Translations under genes and position numbers: made by a program
Assembly: GCA_965240465.1 (NCBI GenBank)
Contig: OZ251219.1
Coordinates: forward strand, 1,206,681-1,270,680
DNA from: a bacterium
GTDB lineage: Bacteria > SAR324 > JACQKK01
DNA: 64,000 nucleotides
Direction: 5' to 3'
The notes under the pieces: generated by a model
Database searches by the model: none
Told to the model about the DNA's origin: nothing
The model's input: only the letters and a program-made list of their open reading frames with translations
Shown here: piece by piece, positions 53,157 through 63,225 of the stretch
How positions within the stretch are numbered: the stretch's first letter is position 1
Layout: every line of letters starts with the position of its first letter

Positions 53157-55685
53157 CTATACCCGAGCTTCTTCTGGAGTTTCTGCTACGGGTTCTGGTT
53201 CTTCTGTCTTGAGGATTCTACCGCCGCGCTTGAGGGTGGCTTTTTCTTCGGTTTGAATATATGCCTCTAGCATATCGCCGGGTTTAACATCATTTAGTCC
53301 TTTCAGTCGGAAGCCACATTCTACGCCTTGTTTGATGCTGGAAACATCCTCTTTGTTGCGTCTCAAGGAGAGTAAAGAGGCTTCTCCTAGGAGGACATCA
53401 TCTCGGTATAGACGTAATTTGGCATTGCGTTCCAGTTTGCCATCTTCCACATTGCCTCCAGCGATGATACTGTCCTTGGATTTGGCAAAGACCTCACGAA
53501 CCAAGCAACGCCCGACTATTTGCTCTTTAACAATGGGTTTAAGCAATCCCTCTAAGGCTAGGTGTATGTCATTGGTAAGCTCGTAAATGATATTATAAGT
53601 TTTTATGTCTATTTCATCCGCCCTCGCAGCACTAGCCGCCCGAAAATCGGCCCGTACACTAAATCCGATTACCACCGCGTTGGAAACATTTGCTAGGGAT
53701 ATATCGGCTTGAGTAATTCCTCCAACTCCACTGCGGACAATTTGCACCGAAACATTCTCATTGCCCTCTTTTTCCAGAGTACCGATGATTGATTCTAACG
53801 ACCCTTGGGCATCGGCTTTGAGTACTATATTCAAGGTGCGAGCTTGGTTTTCTGCGACTGGAGTTTCCATGAATGTTTCCAAGCTAATGCGATTGCTAGG
53901 TCGCAAGGATGCAGCTCTTTTACGCTGAGTACGCCAAGTTGCCAACCGAGAAGCATCTTGTTCCGAATCTAAGGTTTGGAACATATCCCCTGCTTCAGGC
54001 ATGGAGTTATATCCTATTAGTTTTACTGGAGTGCTAGGTATGGCACGGCTGATTTTTTTTCCTTGGTCGTTATACATGGAACGCACTCTGCCACTGCAAG
54101 AACCAGCGACAAAATAATCGCCAATACTTAGGCATCCTCTTTGTACCAGCACCGAACCTACCACTCCTTTGGTGGAATCCAGATTAGATTCAATCACCAC
54201 CCCGCTACAAGCACCTTTTGAGGTGGATTTTAACTCCAGCAATTCTGCCTGTACGTGGATAGATTCCAATAGATCTTCAATACCTTTTCCTGTTTTGGCT
54301 GAGATAGCTACCAGCATAGTTTCGCCCCCGAGTTCTTCCACCACCAATTTATGCTGCAATAGTTGTTGCTTCACCTTGTCTATATCAGCATTAGGCCTGT
54401 CAATTTTATTCACCACCACCACTATAGGAACCTCAGCAGCTTGTGCATGCTGAATGGCTTCAATGGTTTGAGGCATGATGCCATCATCAGCTGCGACCAA
54501 TAATGCGACGATGTCGGTCACACGGGCGCCTCGCTGACGCAGAGAGGTAAAGGCTTCATGGCCTGGGGTATCCAGAAACACCATGGGACCGAATTTACTT
54601 TTCACCCAATAAGCTCCGATATGCTGGGTGATGCCGCCAGCTTCTTTGGAGGCAATTTGGCTGGTGCGGATTTTATCCAGCAAGGTAGTTTTTCCGTGAT
54701 CCACATGCCCCATGATGGTAATGATCGGAGGGCGATATTCCAGTTGCTCGGTGGGGATGTCTTCCATTTTCAAAATATCTTCCATGCTGGAAGTATCCAC
54801 TTCTACTTGTACTCCGTATTCCGAAGCCACTAATTCGGCAGTTGAGCCATCAATGAAATCGTTCATGGTAGCGGTTATTTCTAGTTCCAGCAGTTTTTTG
54901 ATGATTTGAGCTCCCTTGATGCCTATCAGGCTAGCGAGTTTGGAAACTGTGATGGTATCGCTCAATTTGATAGCTTTTTGTCTGGGTTTGAAGGTATGTT
55001 TTTCTTCTGAGGTTGCGATTCTTTTATGTTTTATGGTGTGCCTAGGACGTCTGGGACGCACCCATCCTTCGTGCTGTAGGAAATCCAAATCGCGGGCATT
55101 ACCGCGTACGTCTCGCCATTCTGGGCTTTCGGTGATTTCGGGTCTTTTGTGATCGCTGCGTTTTTCCCGTCGTCGGGCGGGTTTTTCGTCATCGGGGGTT
55201 ATTTTTTTATCTTCTGGAGTGGTTTCAGTTTGGGCGGTGGATTTATCTGTTTGGTTTGTTTGAGCGGGGCTAGTTTCTGTTTGTGGCGAGGCGGCATCAT
55301 TTTTTATTTGTTCCTCGGGTTGCTCTGGAGGTTCTGTGGTGGGGATAATTTCTTCTTTTTGGGTTTCCACACGATGTACTTCGCCGGTAGAACTTATTGA
55401 GACCAACCTACGCCGTACTTTGGGTTGTTCGGTGTTTGCTATTTCTTCATCGGGTGTGGGCTGGACGGCTTTGGCGGTGGTTTCTGCGGTAGTTTTTATG
55501 GTGGTTTTGGAGGTGATTTTTGTTACTAGTTGGGGGGATTTTTTTAGTTGTTCTCTAATATCTTTGACTGTTTTATCACTTAGTATTTGAAATATACCAG
55601 TAGCTTCCAGTCCCCATTTTTTTGTCAATGCCAGCAAATCATTGCTGTGCATGTTGATATCTCTAGCCAGTTCAAACAGTTTCAT
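53157..55685 (-). CDS. infB: translation initiation factor IF-2
   Basis: G domain GHVDHGKTTLLD, DTPGHEAF, NKID. 842 aa. Confidence 0.95.
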   Translation of the reverse strand: MKLFELARDINMHSNDLLALTKKWGLEATGIFQILSDKTVKDIREQLKKSPQLVTKITSKTTIKTTAETTAKAVQPTPDEEIANTEQPKVRRRLVSISSTGEVHRVETQKEEIIPTTEPPEQPEEQIKNDAASPQTETSPAQTNQTDKSTAQTETTPEDKKITPDDEKPARRREKRSDHKRPEITESPEWRDVRGNARDLDFLQHEGWVRPRRPRHTIKHKRIATSEEKHTFKPRQKAIKLSDTITVSKLASLIGIKGAQIIKKLLELEITATMNDFIDGSTAELVASEYGVQVEVDTSSMEDILKMEDIPTEQLEYRPPIITIMGHVDHGKTTLLDKIRTSQIASKEAGGITQHIGAYWVKSKFGPMVFLDTPGHEAFTSLRQRGARVTDIVALLVAADDGIMPQTIEAIQHAQAAEVPIVVVVNKIDRPNADIDKVKQQLLQHKLVVEELGGETMLVAISAKTGKGIEDLLESIHVQAELLELKSTSKGACSGVVIESNLDSTKGVVGSVLVQRGCLSIGDYFVAGSCSGRVRSMYNDQGKKISRAIPSTPVKLIGYNSMPEAGDMFQTLDSEQDASRLATWRTQRKRAASLRPSNRISLETFMETPVAENQARTLNIVLKADAQGSLESIIGTLEKEGNENVSVQIVRSGVGGITQADISLANVSNAVVIGFSVRADFRAASAARADEIDIKTYNIIYELTNDIHLALEGLLKPIVKEQIVGRCLVREVFAKSKDSIIAGGNVEDGKLERNAKLRLYRDDVLLGEASLLSLRRNKEDVSSIKQGVECGFRLKGLNDVKPGDMLEAYIQTEEKATLKRGGRILKTEEPEPVAETPEEARV

Positions 55686-55760
55686 GGACTTTACAACAAG
55701 GGATAGGGGGGGCTAACAAGAGGAAGAATTATCGCAGGGGAGGGGGGAGGGGGGGGGGGG

Positions 55761-57512
55761 TTAGTCTGTGGCGGGGACTTCTTCAGTTTTTTTTGCGGTG
55801 CCTTCTTCAGTGCCTTCTTTAGAGCTTTGTGCAGGGATTTCTTCAGTGCCTTCTTTAGAGCTTTGTGCAGGGATTTCTTCAGTGCCTTCTTTAGAGCTTT
55901 GTGCAGGGATTTCTTCAGTGCCTTCTTCAGTGCCTTCTTCAGTGCTTTGTGCGGGGATTTCTTCAGTGCCTTCTTTAGAGCTTTGAGCAGGGATTTCTTC
56001 AGTGCCTTCTTTAGAGCTTTGAGCAGGGATTTCTTCAGTGCCTTCTTTAGAGCTTTGTGCAGGGATTTCTTCAGTGCCTTCTTTAGAGCTTTGTGCAGGG
56101 ATTTCTTCAGTGCCTTCTTCAGTGCCTTCTTCAGTGCTTTTTGCAGGGATTTCTTCAGTGCCTTCTTCAGTGCCTTCTTTAGAGCTCTGTGCGGTGCCTT
56201 CTTTAGTGCCTTCTTTAGTGCCTTCTTTAGAGCTTTGTGCAGGGATTTCTTCAGTGCCTTCTTTAGAGCTTTGTGCGGGGATTTCTTCAGTGCCTTCTTT
56301 AGAGCTTTTTGCAGGGATTTCTTCAGTGCCTTTTTTAGAGCTTTGTGCAGTCTGCTCTGGATCCTGGGATTTATTTAGGTTATTTTTATTATCTTTTTGA
56401 TTAAGTTCTGATTGTTTATCCAGTTCGGCTTGTGAAGCGAGCAGGCGTTCTCTGATTTGTGCTTCTATGCTGAGGGTTTGGTCTACGGTGGAGGAGATGT
56501 TTATTTTTTTATTGAGCAGTTTGGAAGCCAAGCGAACATTTTGTCCTTGCCGACCAATGGCGAGCGATAGTTGTTCTGGTTCTACCTGAACATCTATTTC
56601 TTCACTTTCCTCGTTGAATTTCACTCGGCTCAGTTCAGCAGGTGCGAGGGCGTTGGCTAGGTAGATAAGGGGATCTTCGCTGTATTGGACGATGTCTATT
56701 TTTTCGCCTCGCAGTTCATTTACGATTGATTGTACTCGGGAGCCTCTCATACCCACGCAGGCTCCTACGGGATCGACATCGGAGTCATTGGAACGTACGG
56801 CTACTTTGGCACGTTTGCCGGGTTCTCGTGCGGCTAGGACTATTTCCACCACGTTGTCATAGATTTCGGGTACTTCAGTTTCAAACAGCTTCATCAGCAG
56901 ACTGGGATGGGATCGCGAAACCACTAATTGAGCTGGTTCTTTGGGATCGTTGCGTACTTCCAGCAAAATCACGCGGATGTGGTCTCCGCTGGAGTATCTT
57001 TCGGTAGGAATTTGTTCTCTGGGGTATAGAATGGCTTCTGTCTGGTTGAAATTAATATAAGTGCGACCGCGTTCACTACGGCTAATTACCCCATTGATTA
57101 TATCCCCTATCCGATTCTTAAATTTTTCGTAGATGAATTCGCGTTCGGCTTCACGCACCTTTTGAAATACCATGTGACGAGCAGTTTGGGCGATTACTTT
57201 GCGTAGATCTTCGTTATCTATTTCGTATTCCACCACATCTCCCAGTTGAGCGGAGTCGTCTAGGGATTTGGCTTCTTGCAGAGAAAGATTATTATCGGGG
57301 TCATCGGATTCTTCTACTACGGTTTTGTAGTGAAAGACCTCCAAGGAGCCAGTATTTTGGTTAATGCGAGTTTCTAGATCGTTATACTGGGAAAACTTGC
57401 GTTTGGCAGCCAGGGTGATGGCTTCTTGAACGACCTGTATCAGACGATCTTTGTTAATTCCCTTAGCGTAGGAAATATCACTAAGGGCTTTAAGCAGTTC
57501 TTCTTGTTGCAT
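55761..57512 (-). CDS. nusA: transcription termination/antitermination factor NusA with a repeat-built C-terminal tail
   Basis: N-terminal domain, S1 domain and two KH domains (GACVGMRGSRVQ, AIGRQGQNVRLAS). The C-terminal ~190 aa are GTEEIPAQSSKE-type repeats. Confidence 0.93.
   Translation of the reverse strand: MQQEELLKALSDISYAKGINKDRLIQVVQEAITLAAKRKFSQYNDLETRINQNTGSLEVFHYKTVVEESDDPDNNLSLQEAKSLDDSAQLGDVVEYEIDNEDLRKVIAQTARHMVFQKVREAEREFIYEKFKNRIGDIINGVISRSERGRTYINFNQTEAILYPREQIPTERYSSGDHIRVILLEVRNDPKEPAQLVVSRSHPSLLMKLFETEVPEIYDNVVEIVLAAREPGKRAKVAVRSNDSDVDPVGACVGMRGSRVQSIVNELRGEKIDIVQYSEDPLIYLANALAPAELSRVKFNEESEEIDVQVEPEQLSLAIGRQGQNVRLASKLLNKKINISSTVDQTLSIEAQIRERLLASQAELDKQSELNQKDNKNNLNKSQDPEQTAQSSKKGTEEIPAKSSKEGTEEIPAQSSKEGTEEIPAQSSKEGTKEGTKEGTAQSSKEGTEEGTEEIPAKSTEEGTEEGTEEIPAQSSKEGTEEIPAQSSKEGTEEIPAQSSKEGTEEIPAQSSKEGTEEIPAQSTEEGTEEGTEEIPAQSSKEGTEEIPAQSSKEGTEEIPAQSSKEGTEEGTAKKTEEVPATD
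55790..56350. repeat. in-frame tandem repeat, 36-bp unit (with 9-bp sub-repeats) x~15 at the nusA 3' end
   Basis: ttcttcagtgccttctttagagctttgtgcagggat and variants. Boundaries are approximate. Confidence 0.9.
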
Positions 57513-57587
57513 ATGGCGGTGTGTTCCTTAAAAGGAAAAAAACTTGTTGATGATTACATAAATAATTAATAAAAGGCACAAAATCAA

Positions 57588-57653
57588 GGACTAATGACAC
57601 GTCCTAATGATATGTCCTATATTACACGGACTAATGACACGGACTAATGACAC
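57588..57653. repeat. tandem repeat, 13-bp unit ggactaatgacac x5 (two copies degenerate)
   Basis: Lies between the rimP stop and the nusA start. Confidence 0.8.
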
Positions 57654-57654
57654 G

Positions 57655-58233
57655 TTAGTGATAGTCCAACTTGGGTTCTAAGTGGGCAGTATGTACCTTT
57701 TCTAGAGGGATGATTAGGGTTTCTGTGGTTACTCTCAGGTGAAGCAGATTTTCTTGTACATTCTCAATTATTCCTGTTTGGACAGGCTGCATGGTCTTAT
57801 CACAGCCAGAATTGCGAGCCCATTCAGTGTCTAAGAATATCTTGGCTCTCTTGCCGATTGATTGCACAAAATGACCCACTTGACGCAAACGACGAAATAA
57901 TCCAGGTGAAGTGACCTCCAAACGATAACTCCCCTGCACTAAATCCTCCACATCCAAAAAACGACCAACCAGCTCACTCACCTTACTACAATCTTTCAAG
58001 CCGATTCCGTCATCTTTGTCAATCATAACGCGTACTACCGTCCTACGCGTTCTGACAAACTGCACTTCCAGCAATTGATACCCTAATCCAGCTATTGGCT
58101 CAGTCAGCAAGGTTTTGGCGGTTTCCTCCAGCGAAACCGTAGGAGCTGCTTGAGGATCACGACAATCTGAAGCAGACACAGGGGAAGAATCAGGCAGTTT
58201 TTCCATGGCAGAACTGAAAGTACTAGAAGACAT
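57655..58233 (-). CDS. rimP: ribosome maturation factor RimP
   Basis: GYQLLEVQF...RVMIDKDDGIGLKDC...YRLEVTSPGLFRRL. First gene of the nusA operon. Confidence 0.85.
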   Translation of the reverse strand: MSSSTFSSAMEKLPDSSPVSASDCRDPQAAPTVSLEETAKTLLTEPIAGLGYQLLEVQFVRTRRTVVRVMIDKDDGIGLKDCSKVSELVGRFLDVEDLVQGSYRLEVTSPGLFRRLRQVGHFVQSIGKRAKIFLDTEWARNSGCDKTMQPVQTGIIENVQENLLHLRVTTETLIIPLEKVHTAHLEPKLDYH

Positions 58234-58342
58234 CTTTTTGTTTTTATATCAGCGGACAATACAGGGTACCTTAACCCTCAGCAATATGCCCGAACTGGAA
58301 ACAATCTTTATCTTCCACCCATACCTGTAAAAAAAGAATTCT

Positions 58343-58522
58343 GCAAGCCAAAAGAGTTTGGCGAGCCAAAAGAGTTCTGCAAGCCAAAAGAATTCGGCAA
58401 GCCAAAAGAATCTGGCAAGCCAGAAGAATCTGGCAAGCCAAAAGAATCTGGCAAGCCAAAAGAATCTGGCAAGCCAAAAGAATCTGGCAAGCCAAAAGAG
58501 TTCTGCAAGCCAGAAGAATTCG
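58343..58522. repeat. tandem repeat, 18-bp unit gcaagccaaaagaatctg x10
   Basis: Copies every 18 bp from 58343 to 58505. Lies upstream of rimP. Confidence 0.95.
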
Positions 58523-58532
58523 GCAAACCCTC

Positions 58533-59261
58533 CTACTCAGCTATAAATTTATTTACCAGCAAGATCAGAAATGCCAATAAGTTAAATCCCGCATGAAAGA
58601 AAATGGGCGACCAAAGAGATTTATGGCGTTCACGCAAATAGCAAAGAATTAAGCTGGCTACAAAAATAACTATTATCGCAGGCCAATACAGCCCAAAAGA
58701 TAATATATGCAAAATAGCAAATATCAGGCTCACCAGCACCACGGTTAACGGAAAAGAAAACCTGCTGCGAAGTGACCCTTGTAACAAACCTCTAAAAAGA
58801 GTTTCCTCCAGTAAGGGTGCCATCAATACCACTGCCAAAGCAACCAAAATGGTCTCTAATAGCCCTTGCTCCATCAGCTGTTTGATCGGATTGATAGGCG
58901 GCAAAGGCAAGGGTAAAAAATATGTCATCCCAACTAATAGCAAGGATAATAACAAATGTACCGCCATCCCCGCTAATATCAGCCACGCACTGGTACGCCT
59001 AAAATTGATAAATCCCACCCGAACCCTTGCTCCTTTATAAGAAAGAATCTTCCACAGCATCCCCCAAGTGATCAAATGAGTGAACATCAACGGTAACAAG
59101 GTGTTTCTCAGCGATATCAGCTCTCCGTTGGGCAATACAATGGCAACCAACAATGAAGAAAAAACAGTCGCTAATAACCATACCACCAGAACCACGGTAG
59201 TCAGTAACCAATCGGGGCGAGTTATATCTGTGGTGCGGTTAGAGAATCTACGGTTCTGCAA
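58533..59261 (-). CDS. CPBP family intramembrane glutamic endopeptidase (CAAX protease-like)
   Basis: Polytopic protein with LLEETLFRG and FAILH motifs. Confidence 0.75.
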   Translation of the reverse strand: MQNRRFSNRTTDITRPDWLLTTVVLVVWLLATVFSSLLVAIVLPNGELISLRNTLLPLMFTHLITWGMLWKILSYKGARVRVGFINFRRTSAWLILAGMAVHLLLSLLLVGMTYFLPLPLPPINPIKQLMEQGLLETILVALAVVLMAPLLEETLFRGLLQGSLRSRFSFPLTVVLVSLIFAILHILSFGLYWPAIIVIFVASLILCYLRERHKSLWSPIFFHAGFNLLAFLILLVNKFIAE

Positions 59262-59461
59262 TATGATGGCGTCTTAACTAATTGAAACAACGGGTGAAGC
59301 AACTGGCTAATTGAAGCGAAGCAACTGGCTAATTGAAGCAATGGGCTATTGAAGCAATGGGGATGTCAAAGGCGAAATAGAACCAAGCGGAAGATGGCTA
59401 CATCAGTCAACCCTCAGTGGCTTAAGTTATTGCGATGAGCCGATGCACGGTGATATGGATG

Positions 59462-60367
59462 CTAGGAAGTGACTTGTTGGTCATAGATTTTCATATAATC
59501 CTTGCAGACATGTTTTGGGTCCAGCCCTACGGTATCGCAAATGAGTGCCAAAAAGCCTCTGACATAGATTCTGGAAGGCAAAGCACGAAAATCTTCTTTT
59601 TCCAAGCAGTCTAGGTAGGTGTAGCGGATTTTTGTTTCTTCTGCCATGCCAGCCAAGCTGTAGCCACAGGCTTCGCGAGCTCGTTTAAGTGTTTCTCCGT
59701 TAAAGGTTTGTCCTGGTTCTAACAGGTTGCCGAGTTGTTCTTTTTGTTTGATAAGATGGGATTTGCTCCTCAGATTATCAGCTTCGGATCTAGCTGCATG
59801 ATACCGCAAGGAGATACTGCCAGAATCTATGGTACTGGGCTTATGGGCGATATTTTTGGTTGGTTTCTTTTTGGGTTCTGCAAAGAAAACGCGGGGACTA
59901 GGAATAGATTCAGCTTGAGAAAAAGTGCTTGGTACATCGGGAGCAATACTGCGAGAAGCATTGGCAATAGCAACACTGCGAGAAGCATTGGCGTGGAAAG
60001 CATCGGTACGGGAACCGTTAGTACGGGAGCCATTGACATGATGTTTCTCACTGGCAGGGGAAACACTATGATAACCATTAGCAGGGGGTATATGATTTTC
60101 ATCGGGGTTATCGGCGATGCTATTTTGTGACATTTTGGCATCGTACGCTTGGCGTAGTTTGGGGTCGCTCAAGGTATAGAAGGCTTCTGATATCAGGCTA
60201 AAGACCTCGTGGGTTTCTTTGTCATTGAAGAGGGAATAGGTAGCAAGCGAGTGACCTTGGAAGGTTTCTTTAGAAATTTCATAAGCACGTTGGATTTCTT
60301 TCATGCTGGCGTTGCATGGGACACTTAGAAGTTCATAGTAATTTTTTTCTTGCAAACCTGATAGCAT
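59462..60367 (-). CDS. J-domain-like / RodZ-type helix-turn-helix domain protein
   Basis: The N-terminal NYYELLSVPCNASMKEIQRAYEISKE is J-domain-like, though no clear HPD is seen. The C-terminal LKRAREACGYSLAGMAEETKIRYTYLDCLEKEDFRALPSRIYVRGF resembles the RodZ/HTH_25 domain. Confidence 0.55.
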   Translation of the reverse strand: MLSGLQEKNYYELLSVPCNASMKEIQRAYEISKETFQGHSLATYSLFNDKETHEVFSLISEAFYTLSDPKLRQAYDAKMSQNSIADNPDENHIPPANGYHSVSPASEKHHVNGSRTNGSRTDAFHANASRSVAIANASRSIAPDVPSTFSQAESIPSPRVFFAEPKKKPTKNIAHKPSTIDSGSISLRYHAARSEADNLRSKSHLIKQKEQLGNLLEPGQTFNGETLKRAREACGYSLAGMAEETKIRYTYLDCLEKEDFRALPSRIYVRGFLALICDTVGLDPKHVCKDYMKIYDQQVTS

Positions 60368-60491
60368 GGGCGTTTTTGTTCAACTAATATAAAGGAAGAA
60401 GATAAAAGTAAAGGAATCGTATTAAACTCACAATCTCTAATTTATAACATATTAAATATAGATTTTCCAATATAAATAATAATAAAAAAGC

Positions 60492-61463
60492 TTACATTTG
60501 TGGGGATCTGTTATCGTAGCTGGCAGGGGTAGGATCCTGATACTTTGTTAAGGGCGTGTTTTGGATAAGGTTGCGAGCGATTTGTCCAATTAGTTGCGAA
60601 GTACGGCTGTGCTGGTGGGTAGACATAAAGGGCTTGCAACTACGGATGGTTTTCCAGACTAAGTCATCGTTGTATAGGTGACCGATAAAGGTAGCTCTGA
60701 CTCCGAAAAATTTCTCACAAGCCATTTGCATAGAATAGCCGACCCGTAAATCCGATTCTGAACGTACTTGGTTCAGCACAATTAGAGGTTGAAATCTGCG
60801 TATTAGGTTATCCATGGTAGCACTTATGCGATAATCGGTACGCTTGATGTATTCTATTAAATCCAACGGCGAACGAATGCCTAGATCATTTTTCATATCC
60901 ATGGCACGTTCAATGATAGCACGTACTCTGGAATCGGTACTGATCATTTTTAGATGGCGGTATAAGGAGCTTTTAATAAAGCGGTAGGCGTTTTCAATTG
61001 AGGTTGGCTCGGGAAGAACCACTAGTACGCCCTTGTCTGCGATAAGGAAGAAATCCAAAGTATTGTTATTGGTGCCTGCCCCGAGGTCTAGAATAACATA
61101 GTCCACATCAATGGTTTGCAGGGAACGCAACAGACGCATCTTTTGAGTGTACTTTGGGTTAGCGATTCCTAGGAAATCTTGGGCTCCGCTGATAAGCATC
61201 AGATTTGGCTGATGAGTGGGCGTCATTACGTCTTCGAGATTGGCATTGGTGTTGTATAGGAAGTCAGAAAGGGTTTTATCGGGGGTGGGAATGCCTAAAC
61301 AGGTATGTAAATTAGCACCGCCTAGGTCTGCATCCACCAGTACTACTCGGTGATTATTTTGGGCCAAGAAGGTCCCCAAATTACTGGCTATCAGACTTTT
61401 TCCCACCCCACCTTTTCCTCCTCCGATAGCAATAATTTCTTTTGATTTGATTATATTGCCCAA
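60492..61463 (-). CDS. MinD/ParA/FlhG-family P-loop ATPase
   Basis: Deviant Walker A GGGKGGVGKS, and VLVDADLGGANL. TTG start. Confidence 0.8.
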   Translation of the reverse strand: MGNIIKSKEIIAIGGGKGGVGKSLIASNLGTFLAQNNHRVVLVDADLGGANLHTCLGIPTPDKTLSDFLYNTNANLEDVMTPTHQPNLMLISGAQDFLGIANPKYTQKMRLLRSLQTIDVDYVILDLGAGTNNNTLDFFLIADKGVLVVLPEPTSIENAYRFIKSSLYRHLKMISTDSRVRAIIERAMDMKNDLGIRSPLDLIEYIKRTDYRISATMDNLIRRFQPLIVLNQVRSESDLRVGYSMQMACEKFFGVRATFIGHLYNDDLVWKTIRSCKPFMSTHQHSRTSQLIGQIARNLIQNTPLTKYQDPTPASYDNRSPQM

Positions 61464-61639
61464 TATCAGCTCCTCAATTTGTCACACTTCGAGCTTATCG
61501 CATTCTGAGATACTTTGACAGACTAACTTCATTATAAGTTTTCAACTGCAGATTAGCAATAGCAAAGCAATATTCCAGCCATTATAGACCTCAATTTCAT
61601 ATAACAGCCAAAATAAATTAAGGTAAGGCATGCCAACGA

Positions 61640-62752
61640 CTAGTTAATCTTTTTTATGACTAGCCCCAATAAAATGCTCGCCAGCAATACCGCGCCATTT
61701 GTCCCCCAAGCTGCCACTAAGAAATGCAGTTTTTCCAATTTCCCCAACAGAAAAAATATTTCTTGTCCAAAATAAAAAAGGATCCCTATTAACAACACAA
61801 ATAGCATGTCGGTAGTTCGGATTCGCTTAGGTGAAGGGTTAACAATCATCAGTGCTAGCCATCCTAAAAGGAACGGAGCGACCATCAATGCCAATTCCTG
61901 ATGAAACCCCAGCCAGTACAAATTTGAGTTTTTCTCTTGTCGCCTATTTTGACGGATTTCTTGCCACAAACCTATCAACCCTAGGGTTTGCAAGTTGACA
62001 TATGTCTTCTCAAAGATAATGTTTAGTGCTTTTTGAGGTAAAACTATCTCTGCAGCTATCTGGGAGACCTTATCCGTCTGGCGAAGATCTGCATTATCCG
62101 TCTGGCGAAGATCTGCATTGTCGGTCTGGCGAGATATCAAAGGGGTGTAATGTTTTGCCTGCTGGGTTGTTTGCCACAGACCATCCACTTGGTACAATTC
62201 CTTAAAATGCGATATCCTAGGCGTTCTCCCAGAATTGGCGATTCCGTGCAAGACAAAGACACCTTGGGCTAGGGCTTCTTCAAACAAAATCTTGCGAACG
62301 TATATCACATCCGAGTCGTGCAACTGCCAAATATGATGGCGAACCTTATCAACCGAGCCCTGCTGCCGTGAATCCACCCAAGCACTAAGCTGATTCTGAT
62401 TCAGGACTCCTAATAAGCTCACCAATAGCAACACTGGCCACATCAGGGTATACAAACGAAACAAGCTCAACCCCGCACCTTGCATGGGATACCACTCATG
62501 AGTGCGTAAAAAAGCATTGTGCGTTAAACGCACCGCAAATAATAAGGTCAGCGGCAATAATATCTTTAGCGTCGCTGGCATAATGATTAATAAATCTCTA
62601 AGCCACTCTAGTAGCCCTTCCCATCCCGACAAAAACAAATTAAGATTATCAAAACTGTCGCCCAGCAACACCAACCCAAGTGTTACTGACAAACATAATA
62701 GCCAAAACCCAAATAGCCTCAAGGCCACATATCGCGATATTAAACTCATCAC
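61640..62752 (-). CDS. LptF/LptG (YjgP/YjgQ) family LPS export permease
   Basis: 370 aa with N-terminal ISRYVALRLFGFWLL, a central periplasmic domain and C-terminal TMs. An in-frame RQTDNADL x2 repeat is encoded at ~62075-62125. Confidence 0.7.
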   Translation of the reverse strand: MMSLISRYVALRLFGFWLLCLSVTLGLVLLGDSFDNLNLFLSGWEGLLEWLRDLLIIMPATLKILLPLTLLFAVRLTHNAFLRTHEWYPMQGAGLSLFRLYTLMWPVLLLVSLLGVLNQNQLSAWVDSRQQGSVDKVRHHIWQLHDSDVIYVRKILFEEALAQGVFVLHGIANSGRTPRISHFKELYQVDGLWQTTQQAKHYTPLISRQTDNADLRQTDNADLRQTDKVSQIAAEIVLPQKALNIIFEKTYVNLQTLGLIGLWQEIRQNRRQEKNSNLYWLGFHQELALMVAPFLLGWLALMIVNPSPKRIRTTDMLFVLLIGILFYFGQEIFFLLGKLEKLHFLVAAWGTNGAVLLASILLGLVIKKIN

Positions 62753-62920
62753 TGGGTACCTTTACATCTATGAATAATCACTTGCCCTGCCGTACATCTT
62801 CCAGCAATTGCGGTGCTGGGCAATATATTATAAAACCAGTTAGCAAAAGATTATTTTCATTCGTACTGGTATATCAAACAGATGTCCATTTTGTTGCATT
62901 TGCAATTATCATTGTTGGCT

Positions 62921-62974
62921 TGCCAGATTCTTCTGGTTTGCCAGATTCCTCTGGTTTGCCAGATTCTTCTGGCT
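62921..62974. repeat. tandem repeat, 18-bp unit tgccagattcttctggtt x3; reverse complement of the 58343-58522 satellite
   Basis: The reverse complement ggcaaaccagaagaatctggcaagcc differs at 1 of 26 positions from ggcaagccagaagaatctggcaagcc at ~58413-58438. Confidence 0.9.
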
Positions 62975-63054
62975 TGCCTCATTGTTGGCTGGCAGGCTGA
63001 TTGGGTGTATACTCGGCAAAGGTATTTTTTTGCATGAAGACTTGCAATATTGGT

Positions 63055-63153
63055 GTATAATGTCGGTGTGCAATGTCGGTGTGCAATGTCGGTGTGCAAT
63101 GTCGGTGTGCAATGTCGGTGTGCAATGTCGGTGTGCAATGTCGGTGTGCAATG
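63055..63153. repeat. tandem repeat, 13-bp unit gtgcaatgtcggt x~7.5
   Basis: Copies at 63055 (degenerate), 63068, 63081, 63094, 63107, 63120 and 63133, plus a partial copy. Confidence 0.92.
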
Positions 63154-63225
63154 TGAACGCACTTTGCTAATCATTAAATAAGATGTGAACGACATCTGCA
63201 TATATGATCCACCAGATGCTACAAT

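Noticed and set aside
55768-56400. Three + strand ORFs (up to 183 aa) with FFSAFFRALCRD-type repeats
   Set aside because: They are antisense translations of the in-frame nusA C-terminal repeat region.
58271-58546. Three overlapping ORFs (ACQILL, GLPDSF and ASQKN repeats)
   Set aside because: The 18-bp unit x10 is open in several frames. It lies in the spacer between the CPBP gene and rimP, with no start or SD context.
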